Position numbers and translations under genes: made by a program. Below, piece by piece: positions 28,877-37,624 of a DNA stretch of 64,000 bases (position 1 is its first letter; each line of letters starts with the position of its first letter). The DNA is from Patescibacteria group bacterium (lineage in GTDB: Bacteria; Patescibacteriota; Patescibacteriia; Patescibacteriales; JBAZCA01). The stretch is taken from NCBI GenBank assembly GCA_041671125.1, contig JBAZCA010000006.1, forward strand, positions 3,184 to 67,183, read 5' to 3'. The notes under the pieces were generated by a model, which saw only the letters and a program-made list of their open reading frames with translations, was not told the origin of the DNA and did not search any database.

Positions 28877-29392
28877 ATGGTAAAAAAAAGTAAGCTTTTT
28901 AGTTTATTGTTAATTTTACCGCTGGCTACTTTAATTCTTAGCGGCTGCGGTAAAAGCGCTTCCGAGCTAGCCGGAGAAAGAGCGGCTGAAAAATCTATTG
29001 AAAATCAATTAGGCGGCCAAGCCGACGTTGATATTAATAATGGCAACATAAAAGTTGAAAGTGAGCAGGGAAATATTGAAACCGGCGACAGCGTTAAATT
29101 GCCGGATGATTTTCCGAGCGATGTTTATGTTATTGACGGCAAAATAATCGTGGCGACTTCAAACCAGGCGGAAAAGAGTTTTATGCTTTCAATTGACGCC
29201 ACTACTGGCTTAGAAGAAGCGTATTCCGTCTATCAAGAAAAATTTAAAGCCGCCGGCTGGCAGCTTACCGGCACCATGAATTTCGGCGATTCCGCCAGCG
29301 TAGTGGCTGAAAAAGATAAGCGCGCCGCTTCAATATACCTGAGCCGGAACGGCGATAAAACCAACGTGGTTGTCGGCGTGGCGGAAAATTAA
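28877..29392 (+). CDS. Lipoprotein, unknown function
   Basis: Signal peptide with lipobox LILSGCG. 171 aa. Confidence 0.6.
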   Translation: MVKKSKLFSLLLILPLATLILSGCGKSASELAGERAAEKSIENQLGGQADVDINNGNIKVESEQGNIETGDSVKLPDDFPSDVYVIDGKIIVATSNQAEKSFMLSIDATTGLEEAYSVYQEKFKAAGWQLTGTMNFGDSASVVAEKDKRAASIYLSRNGDKTNVVVGVAEN

Positions 29393-29472
29393 TCAAACAG
29401 CCGGTTAATAAGTAAGAGAAGCGGCCTGGAAAAAATGTTATAAATATTAGCGATTAGTTTTTAAAAATTTTT

Positions 29473-31173
29473 ATGACTAAGACTAAAAAGATCGGCCTCA
29501 TTATTTTAATTATTATCGCGGCAGCGGGATGTTTTTTATTATTATCATTAAGATTTTTCATTGGACCGGGATTTATAGCGGTATTAACAGAAGAATTTAG
29601 CAAAAAAATGTCCGGTTCGCAAACCATAGGGCAGGTAACCGCTAATAGAAATACTGATAAGTTAAGCATTACCGAGGTAACCGCCCCGGAGTGGAATCAA
29701 ACCGCCTTGTCTCCGGTTATTGGTAAGGCTTATAAAATAGAACGGTTGAAAGACGACAGCAAATCCGTATCCGTGGAATTTTCCTATAATCCGGCTGAAT
29801 TAAATCAGGGAATTCCGGAATCTTCTTTGCGCTTGTTTAAGTGGCATTACGACGGTGAAAAAGGTTTTTGGTCGTTTGTGCCCAGTACGGCGGATACCAG
29901 CCGGCACGTAGTAAGCGCCAGCCTTAGTTCGTTTTCAATTCTAGCCGTGCGCGCCCCGCTGATTTACTATTTAAGTCCAGAAGAGGTTCAGGAATTTAAT
30001 AATGATTTACAAAGCATTATAAAAGAAGTTCCGAGCGATACCTGCGGCCTTATGATTCTCGTTGACGAGGAGCTGACTGAAATAAAAGACGGAGTAACCA
30101 TGGAAGATTATTCACGGCCTTTTGACGAACGGGAAGAGGTTCATGATTGCGTAGGAAATCCTTTTGTTAATATACATTCCGTGCGCCAATTTAGTATTTC
30201 TAAGCTGCGCGAGCAGTCCTGGAACCAACAGCAAAAACGCACTGTTAGTTATTTCATCAAGGCGGACGCCGAGTGGCAGAGGGATACTAATGAAAGCGCG
30301 GTGATTAAGGGTACGGTGGTTAACCAAAAAAACAAACCGCTTGAAGGAGTTAGCGTGGTTGCTGATAAAAAAAAGTATAATACCGGACAAAAGAAGGTTG
30401 CTACCGATAAAAATGGAAAATTTGAGCTGGCTTTGCACTCCGGGGAGTATGCGATAAAAATTATTCCCGGCGATAAAAATAAAAATTGTGCCGGTACTGA
30501 TTTGGCGGAAAAGTTTTTTGAATTTGGCACATTACCGGACGACTTGCCTAAGGAAGGGCAGGAACCTTATCGGCACGGGCCTTGGGATAAAACCATTACT
30601 TTGCAATGTTCGGAATATTATTTAGACGAAACTTTACAGTTGCCGATTAATTCGTCCGTTTCCGGCATCAGCGTGAAAGGCACGGAAGGCGCGCATATTA
30701 CCGGCCAATTAACCCAGCCCATTTCCGGAGGCTACGGCTGGGAAGGCGTTTGGGAAATAGATCATGAGGTAAAAACCGATATTAAAACCAGCGGTGTTAT
30801 GAATATTATGGGCGGGACCATTGCCATGCCCGCGGGGGCAAACCAAACGCAGGGTCTTTATAAATATAAAATAAGAATACCTTTAGGCGCTAAAGCCGGA
30901 GACTCGTTTACTATTACCGGCACCTGGGTCGGGGCTAATTATAAAAGTTCAACGCAAACCAGCGCCGGCAACATGAATGCTTCGGCTAATGGCGGTCAAG
31001 CTTCGTGGGACATTGGTTCTAGCGCGAAAGATGAACAAAATGGTAAAAATGTTCCAGTTAATCGCGCTGGCCGGATTGTTTCCGTGGATGGTGAAAACGG
31101 TCTAACTATAGAATTAATTTCAAACATGTCCAACGATCTTCCCAAGGTAAGCATTAAGCATCAGGCAGAATAA
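29473..31173 (+). CDS. Membrane-anchored extracytoplasmic protein with carboxypeptidase-regulatory-like beta-sandwich
   Basis: N-terminal TM helix. The segment VIKGTVVNQKNKPLEGVSVVADKK...TDKNGKFELALHSGEYAIKI is typical of CarboxypepD_reg-like domains. Confidence 0.55.
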   Translation: MTKTKKIGLIILIIIAAAGCFLLLSLRFFIGPGFIAVLTEEFSKKMSGSQTIGQVTANRNTDKLSITEVTAPEWNQTALSPVIGKAYKIERLKDDSKSVSVEFSYNPAELNQGIPESSLRLFKWHYDGEKGFWSFVPSTADTSRHVVSASLSSFSILAVRAPLIYYLSPEEVQEFNNDLQSIIKEVPSDTCGLMILVDEELTEIKDGVTMEDYSRPFDEREEVHDCVGNPFVNIHSVRQFSISKLREQSWNQQQKRTVSYFIKADAEWQRDTNESAVIKGTVVNQKNKPLEGVSVVADKKKYNTGQKKVATDKNGKFELALHSGEYAIKIIPGDKNKNCAGTDLAEKFFEFGTLPDDLPKEGQEPYRHGPWDKTITLQCSEYYLDETLQLPINSSVSGISVKGTEGAHITGQLTQPISGGYGWEGVWEIDHEVKTDIKTSGVMNIMGGTIAMPAGANQTQGLYKYKIRIPLGAKAGDSFTITGTWVGANYKSSTQTSAGNMNASANGGQASWDIGSSAKDEQNGKNVPVNRAGRIVSVDGENGLTIELISNMSNDLPKVSIKHQAE

Positions 31174-31391
31174 CATATTGTCGGAATAAAACTTGAAACC
31201 CGCCTGACTGCCTTGCGGCGTCAAGGCGAGCGTGGTTTTTACCCGCGAGGAAATTCTGTTTTTAAAACCTTTGACCGGACAATGGGAGAAATATTTTCTG
31301 GCTTTTAATTTCGCGGCGAACGCGAATAAGTGAATAATGGAATTTATTTTACAATCAACCATTTTATCTATAACCCGGGATCAATTAAAAA

Positions 31392-31421
31392 ATCGCCAGA
31401 CAGGCGATTTTTTGGTATAAT
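31392..31421 (+). promoter_or_regulatory. Terminator hairpin followed by an extended -10 promoter (TGgTATAAT)
   Basis: atcgcc-agaca-ggcgat plus T-run (31392-31413), then tggtataat (31413-31421), 11 nt before the ATG at 31432. Confidence 0.55.
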
Positions 31422-31431
31422 ATTGGCACTT

Positions 31432-32403
31432 ATGAATGAGAATTACAGCCAATCAAATCAGCCATCAGCTAAAATCATTGGGCGGATTTTAGCGGTAATA
31501 TTTATTCTGGCCACCACCACTGCCACCGTTTATTACCGGGATTTTCTTTTTCATTACTACCAAACTGCTTCCAGCCTGATTGTCGAACCCTGTCGCCAAA
31601 CCATAACCTATCGGGTGAGCTTGTCCGACAGCCGTTTTGGAATTTCCGAAGAAAGGCTCCGGCAGGCAATAGGCGAGGCGGCTGAAATTTGGAATGAAGC
31701 GGCTGGCAGGAAGCTTTTTAATTATGAGGAAAATGGTAACTTATTAATCAGCCTGGTTTATGATAACCGCCAGGCCGCCGCTGATGAACAAAAAGATCTA
31801 AATTCCAAAGTTGAAAGCAAAGAGAGTTTTTATAACCTGCTAAAAAGCAGTTATGACCGCGCTCAAACCCGGTATGAAGCGGAAAAAAATAAATACGAAG
31901 CTTCGCGAAGCCGGTACGCGGCCGAAGTCCAGTCTTATGAAAATGCTATAAGAAGCCTTAACGGCCGCGGTAATATCACGTCCGAAGAGCGAAATAAATA
32001 TAACGCGGAGCGCGACCGGCTGAACGCGGCCGCCGATTCCTTAAATAAAGAATCCGCTTCGCTTAAAGCGCAAGTTGATATTATCAACGGTCAGGCAAGG
32101 GATTTAAATCAGCTTGCGCGGGAGCTTGGTTTGGATATTAAAGATTTTAATTCTATCGGCGAGGAGCTGGGAGAATTTCAGGAAGGCGTTTACCAGGCCA
32201 ATGGGCTGGACAAACAAATTACCATTTACCAGTTTGACAATTATGAAGTTTTGGTTAGGGTTTTGGCTCATGAACTAGGGCATAGCCTGGACTTAGAACA
32301 TGTAAACGACCCTGACGCGATAATGTATAAAATCAACCAGGGAGAAGATAAGATTTTAAAAGAAGATGATTTAAAGGAATTAGAAAGAGCATGTAAATTT
32401 TAG
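31432..32403 (+). CDS. Matrixin-like zinc metalloprotease (M10) with TM anchor and coiled-coil insert
   Basis: ORF 31330..32403. The upstream part contains a terminator, so ATG at 31432 is preferred. Motif HELGHSLDLEHVNDPDAIMY (HExxHxxxxxH plus Met-turn). Confidence 0.65.
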   Translation: MNENYSQSNQPSAKIIGRILAVIFILATTTATVYYRDFLFHYYQTASSLIVEPCRQTITYRVSLSDSRFGISEERLRQAIGEAAEIWNEAAGRKLFNYEENGNLLISLVYDNRQAAADEQKDLNSKVESKESFYNLLKSSYDRAQTRYEAEKNKYEASRSRYAAEVQSYENAIRSLNGRGNITSEERNKYNAERDRLNAAADSLNKESASLKAQVDIINGQARDLNQLARELGLDIKDFNSIGEELGEFQEGVYQANGLDKQITIYQFDNYEVLVRVLAHELGHSLDLEHVNDPDAIMYKINQGEDKILKEDDLKELERACKF

Positions 32404-32541
32404 GCCGGAGATATTATATCCGGACGCCCGGCAAACGTGAATAAGAATTATTTTTGATAACTGCTCAAACCATTAGTGAAAGCTAATGTTTTTTTGTGCG
32501 TCCGGTTTTGGGATAATTTTTGGGCGTGATATACTGGTCGT

Positions 32542-33798
32542 ATGGAATACGACATAGTAATAATCGGCGGCGGGCCGGCCGGAATGATGGCGGCCGGAAG
32601 GGCGGGGGAAAGAGGCGCCCGGACGCTTTTAGTAGAAAAAAATAAAAGCTTGGGAGTAAAACTTTTAATTACCGGCCATGGCCGCTGTAATATTACGAAT
32701 AACCAATACGGCCCCAAAGAATTTATCAGCCGGTTCGGAAAAAACGGGAAATTTTTATTTTCCTCGCTTTACCGGTTCGGAACCGCCGACGCGATTGATT
32801 TTTTTCAGAGCCGCGGGGTAAAAACTAAAGTTGAAGCCGGCGGAAAAATTTTTCCCCAAAGCGACAGGTCCCAAGACGTATTAAACGCCTTAGCCGGGTA
32901 TTTAAAAGAATCAGGAGTGGAAATAAAAACCGGCGTTGAAGTAAAAAAGATTGTCCGCGCGGGTGATGTTATTAGAAAAATAATCCTGGCTGACGGAACT
33001 GAGATTAAAGCCCAAAATTATATAATCGCGACCGGCGGACTGGCCTATCCGCAAACCGGATCAACCGGCGACGGCTATAAATGGGCGAGGGAGCTCGGAC
33101 ACGCGATCGTTGAACCATTACCCGCGCTTACCACTATTATTTTAAAAGATCGTTTTATAAAAGATTTGCGGGGTTTAAGTTTTTCCGGCGTTAAAGCGAC
33201 CTCCGTCAGGTTAAATAAAAAAATTCATTCTATCGGCGGCGATATTATTTTTACTGATGACGGGATTGGCGGCCCGGCTATCATGAACCTCACCCGGTTA
33301 ATTACCAGGGAGAATCCAGGGGGAATTTCTCTTGCGATTGATTTTTTTCCGGATCGGGATATTTCCGAACTGGATTGCCTCTTGCGGGATGAGTTTAAAA
33401 AAGAGCCCAATAAGCTTTTAAAAAATATTCTTCATAAGTTCATGCCGCCGAGGCTCGCGGCGGTTATCCTGAAAATCGCGGAAATTGACGGAGAAAAAAA
33501 GGTGAATGCCGCGGCCAAAGATGAAAGAAAAAAATTAACCCGTGCTTTAAAGGAATTCAGGCTTACCATAAAATGCCTGTCCGGTTTTTCGCGCGCCTAC
33601 ATCACCTCCGGCGGAGTGGCTTTAAATGAAGTTGATCCGGCGACCATGCGCTCAAAACTAATTCATAATCTTTATTTTGCCGGGGAAGTTCTTAATTTAG
33701 ACGGCCCGACCGGCGGCAATAATTTGCAGGTTGCCTGGACGACCGGCTTCGCGGCCGGAACCGCGGCGGCCGGAGCGCTTAATAAAGATTTGGTTTAG
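32542..33798 (+). CDS. HI0933/BaiN-like FAD-dependent oxidoreductase (aminoacetone oxidase family)
   Basis: YDIVIIGGGPAGMMAA...LLITGHGRCNITN N-terminus and C-terminal FAGEVLNLDGPTGGNNLQ. Confidence 0.8.
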   Translation: MEYDIVIIGGGPAGMMAAGRAGERGARTLLVEKNKSLGVKLLITGHGRCNITNNQYGPKEFISRFGKNGKFLFSSLYRFGTADAIDFFQSRGVKTKVEAGGKIFPQSDRSQDVLNALAGYLKESGVEIKTGVEVKKIVRAGDVIRKIILADGTEIKAQNYIIATGGLAYPQTGSTGDGYKWARELGHAIVEPLPALTTIILKDRFIKDLRGLSFSGVKATSVRLNKKIHSIGGDIIFTDDGIGGPAIMNLTRLITRENPGGISLAIDFFPDRDISELDCLLRDEFKKEPNKLLKNILHKFMPPRLAAVILKIAEIDGEKKVNAAAKDERKKLTRALKEFRLTIKCLSGFSRAYITSGGVALNEVDPATMRSKLIHNLYFAGEVLNLDGPTGGNNLQVAWTTGFAAGTAAAGALNKDLV

Positions 33799-33915
33799 CC
33801 GGCTGAATTTGTGTAATTATAATTTATAAAACTCGTCTTTTTTAGGCGGGTTTTTTATATTACAATTAATAAGTTTTAAGATAATGCGAAAATTAAATTT
33901 TAATAACCAAAACAT

Positions 33916-34338
33916 ATGATGAACAAAATGAATCCGGTCGTGCATTTTGAAATGCCGGCCGAAGACAGACAGCGCATGGCCGATTTTTATACCAAAGCCT
34001 TTGGCTGGAAAGCGAAAATGCTCGGTCCGGAAATGGGGGACTACGTAGTCGTCCAGACAACCGAAACCGACGAAAAGGGAATGGTAAAAACACCCGGGGT
34101 AATTAACGGCGGGTTTTACCCGAAAACTCCGGAAATGGGAGAAATGCATCCGTCCGTCGTTATCGCGGTTGATGATATAAAGGCGAGCATGAAGATGGTG
34201 GAAGGAGCCGGCGGCAAGGTCTTAGGCGGCCAGTCCAAGTCCGGAGAACCGGATGATATCCCGGGAGTCGGGCTCTACGTTTCTTTCATAGATACCGAAG
34301 GCAACCGGGTCGGCATGCTCCAGCCGAAAGGCATGTAA
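33916..34338 (+). CDS. VOC (glyoxalase/bleomycin-resistance) family protein
   Basis: 140 aa. Motifs HFEMPAEDRQRMADFYTKAFGW and FIDTEGNRVGMLQP. Confidence 0.7.
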   Translation: MMNKMNPVVHFEMPAEDRQRMADFYTKAFGWKAKMLGPEMGDYVVVQTTETDEKGMVKTPGVINGGFYPKTPEMGEMHPSVVIAVDDIKASMKMVEGAGGKVLGGQSKSGEPDDIPGVGLYVSFIDTEGNRVGMLQPKGM

Positions 34339-34363
34339 GCAGTTAAAATAATTAATAAATCTT

Positions 34364-34603
34364 ATGATGTGGAATAACGGATACAATCCAATGTTTTGGG
34401 GAGGGTTTGGATCAATTTTTATGATAATATTCTGGGTGATAATAGCAGCCGGCATTGTTTATTTTATCAAATGGTCTTTTGACCAATCCGGCGGTTCGTC
34501 CGCTCCGCGCGGCAATAACGCGTTAGAAATCTTAAAAGAGCGTTACGCCAAAGGCGAAATAAACAAGCAGGAATTTGAAGAAAAGAAAAAAGACCTGGCT
34601 TAA
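34364..34603 (+). CDS. SHOCT-domain small membrane protein
   Basis: One TM helix plus C-terminal ALEILKERYAKGEINKQEFEEKKKDL. Confidence 0.65.
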   Translation: MMWNNGYNPMFWGGFGSIFMIIFWVIIAAGIVYFIKWSFDQSGGSSAPRGNNALEILKERYAKGEINKQEFEEKKKDLA

Positions 34604-34648
34604 AAGACGGGGTTTTCTAAAAACGAAAAATCTTGGTATAATATATTC

Positions 34649-35761
34649 ATGAATAAAGACAACTTCTTTAAGCTGGCCATCAGCGTTATCATCGCCGAAA
34701 CGGCCGGAATTCTCGGCTCAATTTTTACTGTCCCGGCCATTCCCGGCTGGTACGCGACGCTTCCCAAACCAGCCTTTAATCCGCCAGCCTGGGTTTTTGG
34801 TCCGGTCTGGATCGCGCTTTTTTTTCTCATCGGAGTTTCACTTTACCTGGTCTGGAAAAACGGCTGGAAAATTAAGAACCCGATTTTAACTAAAGGGAAA
34901 AAGGCCTGGAATCCCTGGTCCGAGCGGTTATGGACCGGCGATTGGCAAAAGTTCAACCTGATTTCAATTTTCGTCCTCCAGTATGTCTTAAATATCTTTT
35001 GGTCATATTTATTTTTTGGCTTGCGCCTCCCCGGACTCGCGTTTTTTGAGCTTCTGGCTCTTTGGTTTTCCATCCTATACCTGATTATCAATTTTTATCG
35101 CGTCTCCAAACCAGCCGCCTGGTTTTTATTGCCTTACATCCTTTGGGTCAGTTTTGCCGGCTATCTTAATTTTTCAATCTGGCAATTATCGGCTAAGGCG
35201 AGCGCCCAGGTCTTTTGCACCGAAGAAGCCAGACTTTGTCCGGACGGTTCGTATGTGGGAAGAACTGCTCCTGACTGCGAATTTGCCTCCTGCCCGGAAG
35301 CCGGATCAAGGGTCAATACCGGCACTTCGGGCGAAGCCGCCGGTTTCGGAAATGAACAAGAGGAAAAAGCCATCATTGACTATCTTTTGACCCAAAAATA
35401 TTTTAGCTGGAAAACTAAAGAGGGAAGCACTAATTTTTGCGGAGTGGAAAACCTTCGGCCGGGTGAAAATCTGTTCCCGATTTACGTCTGGGCCTATTGC
35501 GCCGAGTACGCGGTAGTTGACGGTAAGCTCCAAACTTTAAGCGGAACTTCATTGCCAATAAAAATAAATTACCCGAACGAACTCTCATATTATGATTTAA
35601 GTAAATTCTCCCATGAAGCGCCCCGGGACGGATCGTATAATGACGATGACATCAAACGGATTTTTCCCAAAGACGCTCAAGAACGAATTCATGACCCGGA
35701 TAAGAATCTCCTCATAAAAAAAGTAGAAGCCCGGGCTAGAGGCGAGCTTCTGCCGAAGTAA
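34649..35761 (+). CDS. TspO/MBR (tryptophan-rich sensory protein) fused to a ~190-aa Cys-rich extracytoplasmic domain
   Basis: N-terminal 5-TM TspO pattern (PGWYATLPKPAFNPPAWVFGPVW...). The C-terminal part contains CTEEARLCPDGSYVGRTAPDCEFASCP. Confidence 0.7.
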   Translation: MNKDNFFKLAISVIIAETAGILGSIFTVPAIPGWYATLPKPAFNPPAWVFGPVWIALFFLIGVSLYLVWKNGWKIKNPILTKGKKAWNPWSERLWTGDWQKFNLISIFVLQYVLNIFWSYLFFGLRLPGLAFFELLALWFSILYLIINFYRVSKPAAWFLLPYILWVSFAGYLNFSIWQLSAKASAQVFCTEEARLCPDGSYVGRTAPDCEFASCPEAGSRVNTGTSGEAAGFGNEQEEKAIIDYLLTQKYFSWKTKEGSTNFCGVENLRPGENLFPIYVWAYCAEYAVVDGKLQTLSGTSLPIKINYPNELSYYDLSKFSHEAPRDGSYNDDDIKRIFPKDAQERIHDPDKNLLIKKVEARARGELLPK

Positions 35762-35966
35762 GGCAATAGGCGGCGTCAGGGACGTCCTAGCTGGCTTCGT
35801 CGGCGGGCTGGCGGCAAAATTAAATTTATTGGTGATAATATTAAATTGTTTTCAAACTCTTCTCGCAGTTATTTTAGCATAATCCAGATAAAGGGTAAGA
35901 CTGATGCAGGGCGTAAGAATAAATACTGAAAATATAGGCTTTGAAAATAGGTTTTAATAAGAATTT

Positions 35967-36854
35967 ATGAACGATCTTATAAACATAAGGGTAATTCAAA
36001 AAGATTTTAATGGCGAAAAAAAGAGGTTTGTTAATGCCAGGGAATTGCATCGTTGGCTTGGTGTAGGAAAATTTTTCGCAAATTGGATCAAAGACAGAAT
36101 CGAAAAGTACGATTTCGTTGAAAATCTCGACTATTTTATCACCATTGCCAATTCTGGCAATGGATTAAATGCCCAAAAAACAGGCAAAATTTTTGATTCC
36201 AAGACTGGCAGAGTTTTGCCTAAAGAGTACGTTATTTCCGTTGATATGGCCAAGGAGCTGGCAATGGTGGAAAACAGTGAAATAGGTAAAATGGTGAGAA
36301 AATATTTTATTCGCGTTGAAGGCGAATTTAAGAAAGTGATGCGCATTGCCGCGCTTGATCCGAAAACCATCAACCAGCTAACCAGCCAGTTTTCCGAAAC
36401 CAGAGAAGAAACTAAAGATTACCGAAAAGATTTTACTGACTGCATTAAAAATTTCGTGGCGGTAAAAAATTATGGCACTTATACCGATATGCTATATAAT
36501 TTTCTCTTTTTGGAAAGAGCCAAGGAATACCGAAAACTTTTGGATTTGGCAAAAAAAGATTTTACCAGGAATTATATGTATGAAGAAATTTTACTGATCA
36601 TTGGTGCTTTTGAAGCCGGACTGGCCGGAGAGATTGAAAAAGAGTTTAAGAAGTTAAAAAGGATGTTAACCCAGCCTGAATTTGTAAGGAAATTTGATGA
36701 ATTCGCTTCGCAGAAAAATTGGCTGGTGTATCAGAAGCGGGTGAGGAATATAATGGCGACTTATGACGCGGAATTGCGCAGTATAAAACATCCGAAGCTG
36801 ATTGATTACAGGAAAGAATTCAGCCAGGAAGATATTCAAAAGTTATTGGCGTAA
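35967..36854 (+). CDS. AntA/AntB-type phage antirepressor-like protein
   Basis: The N-terminus FVNARELHRWLGVGKFFANWIKDRIEKYDFVENLDY is typical of the AntA/AntB domain. The region is AT-rich relative to its neighbours. Confidence 0.6.
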   Translation: MNDLINIRVIQKDFNGEKKRFVNARELHRWLGVGKFFANWIKDRIEKYDFVENLDYFITIANSGNGLNAQKTGKIFDSKTGRVLPKEYVISVDMAKELAMVENSEIGKMVRKYFIRVEGEFKKVMRIAALDPKTINQLTSQFSETREETKDYRKDFTDCIKNFVAVKNYGTYTDMLYNFLFLERAKEYRKLLDLAKKDFTRNYMYEEILLIIGAFEAGLAGEIEKEFKKLKRMLTQPEFVRKFDEFASQKNWLVYQKRVRNIMATYDAELRSIKHPKLIDYRKEFSQEDIQKLLA

Positions 36855-37126
36855 ACTTTTAACCAGGCCGCGAATTGTGTTTGCAAGTGTCGTTGCAAGT
36901 AAAAATAAATTTGTTTAAATTTGGGATGAATTTAAAGATCAATATGCGTCTTTTTAATATGTTTAAGAAATTATTTCGGAGAGAAGATCGGTTTAAACCC
37001 AGTTGATGATTTACCGTTTGCAATTAAAAATAAGGGAAATTTTAATCCGATAGTGTCAGTTTATTTTACCAACAAAAAAGCTGATTAAGACTTTAGTTGT
37101 AGCCGATTGGATTTAAACCGCTAATT

Positions 37127-37375
37127 ATGTATCACCTCTATATCCTTCAATGTTCGGATAAAACTTTGTATACCGGGATTACGACTGATCTCAACCGGAG
37201 AATAGGTGAGCATAATAGCGGAAAAAGAGGAGCTAAATATACAAGAGCCCGGCGGCCGGTCAGATTAGTTTATTCCCGGAAGTTTAAAAGCCGGTCGGTC
37301 GCGCAGGCGGCCGAAAGCCGGATAAAGAAACTATCCCGGGTGGAAAAATTGGTAAAGATAAAAGGAAAGTTGTAG
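37127..37375 (+). CDS. GIY-YIG nuclease family protein (YhbQ/UPF0213-like)
   Basis: YHLYILQCSDKTLYTGITTDLNRRIGEHNSGKRGAKYTRARRP. Confidence 0.85.
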   Translation: MYHLYILQCSDKTLYTGITTDLNRRIGEHNSGKRGAKYTRARRPVRLVYSRKFKSRSVAQAAESRIKKLSRVEKLVKIKGKL

Positions 37376-37388
37376 ATTAGGGGGAAAT

Positions 37389-37414
37389 GTAGAGACGCAA
37401 AATTTTGCGTCTAT
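37389..37414. repeat. Family-D palindrome (gtagagacgc...gcgtcta)
   Basis: agacgcaaaattttgcgtct is a perfect palindrome lying 14 nt after the GIY-YIG stop. Confidence 0.7.
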
Positions 37415-37416
37415 AT

Positions 37417-37445
37417 TTGACAAAAAAATAAATTTGTGCTATTGT
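37417..37445 (+). promoter_or_regulatory. Promoter of the DEAD-box helicase gene (long structured 5' UTR follows)
   Basis: TTGACA, 17-nt spacer, TATTGT. About 180-215 nt of hairpin-rich leader precede the start codon. Confidence 0.55.
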
Positions 37446-37624
37446 TAAGCCTTAATTAATAACCGTATCTAAAACGGTTAAATGCCCCATAAATAAGGGG
37501 GTAAACCGTAAAAGGGATGTAAGCCCGGCATACGCCGGGTAAAGACTCGGACTTATTTGTCATTAGGATTTCCATAAATTGGTGATATTGGTGACTTATT
37601 TATAGGACTCGGGTCATCAATACT

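Noticed and set aside
31330-31431. N-terminal extension of the metalloprotease ORF.
   Set aside because: The extension contains an intrinsic terminator hairpin and a TGnTATAAT promoter, so translation most likely starts at ATG 31432.
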